Shown: positions 63,765 through 64,000 of the stretch, one piece after another
Position numbering within the stretch: the first letter of the stretch is position 1
Layout of the letters: each line of letters opens with the position of its first letter
IMG/VR virus record: IMGVR_UViG_3300020160_000566
DNA: 64,000 nt
Source of the DNA: an uncultured virus (IMG/VR IMGVR_UViG_3300020160_000566)
Lineage: Duplodnaviria > Heunggongvirae > Uroviricota > Caudoviricetes > Crassvirales
Reading direction: 5' to 3' (one strand)
The notes under the pieces: generated by a model
Database searches by the model: none
Told to the model about the DNA's origin: nothing
What the model saw: only the letters and a program-made list of their open reading frames with translations
Position numbers and translations under genes: made by a program

Positions 63765-64000
63765 GCCCTTTCTTATGTCAAGCACCCCAAATTGTCCCCA
63801 ATATCAAAAAATTTGCACCCCTTTACAAAATTTTTTTTCGCTCTGAAACCCTTGTAAACACTAAGGTATAGAGAAAATCTATAGGGGTTATAGATAAAAT
63901 CGATGAAAGTTTTTTACTTTTTTACTTGCAGGTAAAAAATAATGCACTAATTTAGCACCATCAAACAACGATAAACGCACACACAAATAACAATAACATG

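Noticed and set aside
1..64000. Genome-wide stop-codon reassignment (TAG or TGA)
   Set aside because: Long genes are intact under the standard code, and TAG and TGA end many tightly packed genes
1..64000. tRNA or rRNA genes, integrase or att site
   Set aside because: No cloverleaf/T-loop signature, rRNA-like stretch or recombinase motif recognised by eye; a tRNA scan would be needed to be certain

Overview
Most of a tailed dsDNA bacteriophage genome, probably a podovirus infecting a Bacteroidota (Flavobacteriia-like) host. The host call rests on TAnnTTTG -7 promoter boxes before many genes, A-rich leaders without Shine-Dalgarno sites, and a VirE_N/BT4734-type primase. The + arm (1-14407) carries early, recombination and replication genes: RadC/JAB, GP88-like, Sak-like annealase, ExoVIII-like nuclease, primase-helicase, SNF2 helicase, VRR-NUC and two stand-alone DnaA domain-IV-like proteins. 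The - arm (14410-63339) carries a 2458-aa polyvalent protein, tail and capsid genes, portal, terminase, a lysis module, a modular tail fibre, two free-standing GIY-YIG/NUMOD3 homing endonucleases, many small basic proteins, GroEL/GroES and a second GroES-like gene. The strongest unexplained structures are: (i) two homologous AT-rich origin-like elements (about 8705-8860 and 62812-62972) with DnaA-box-like 9-mers, in a genome that encodes two DnaA-HTH-like proteins; (ii) a perfect 24-bp inverted repeat enclosing three small genes that each start within a shared ~25-nt junction repeat, next to a stack of hairpins; (iii) a plausible nested gene inside the giant polyvalent gene; (iv) a homing endonuclease between a truncated and a full-length copy of the same gene; (v) an array of 25-bp palindromic repeats at the late/early hinge. 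All protein calls come from reading motifs by eye; no database search was run.
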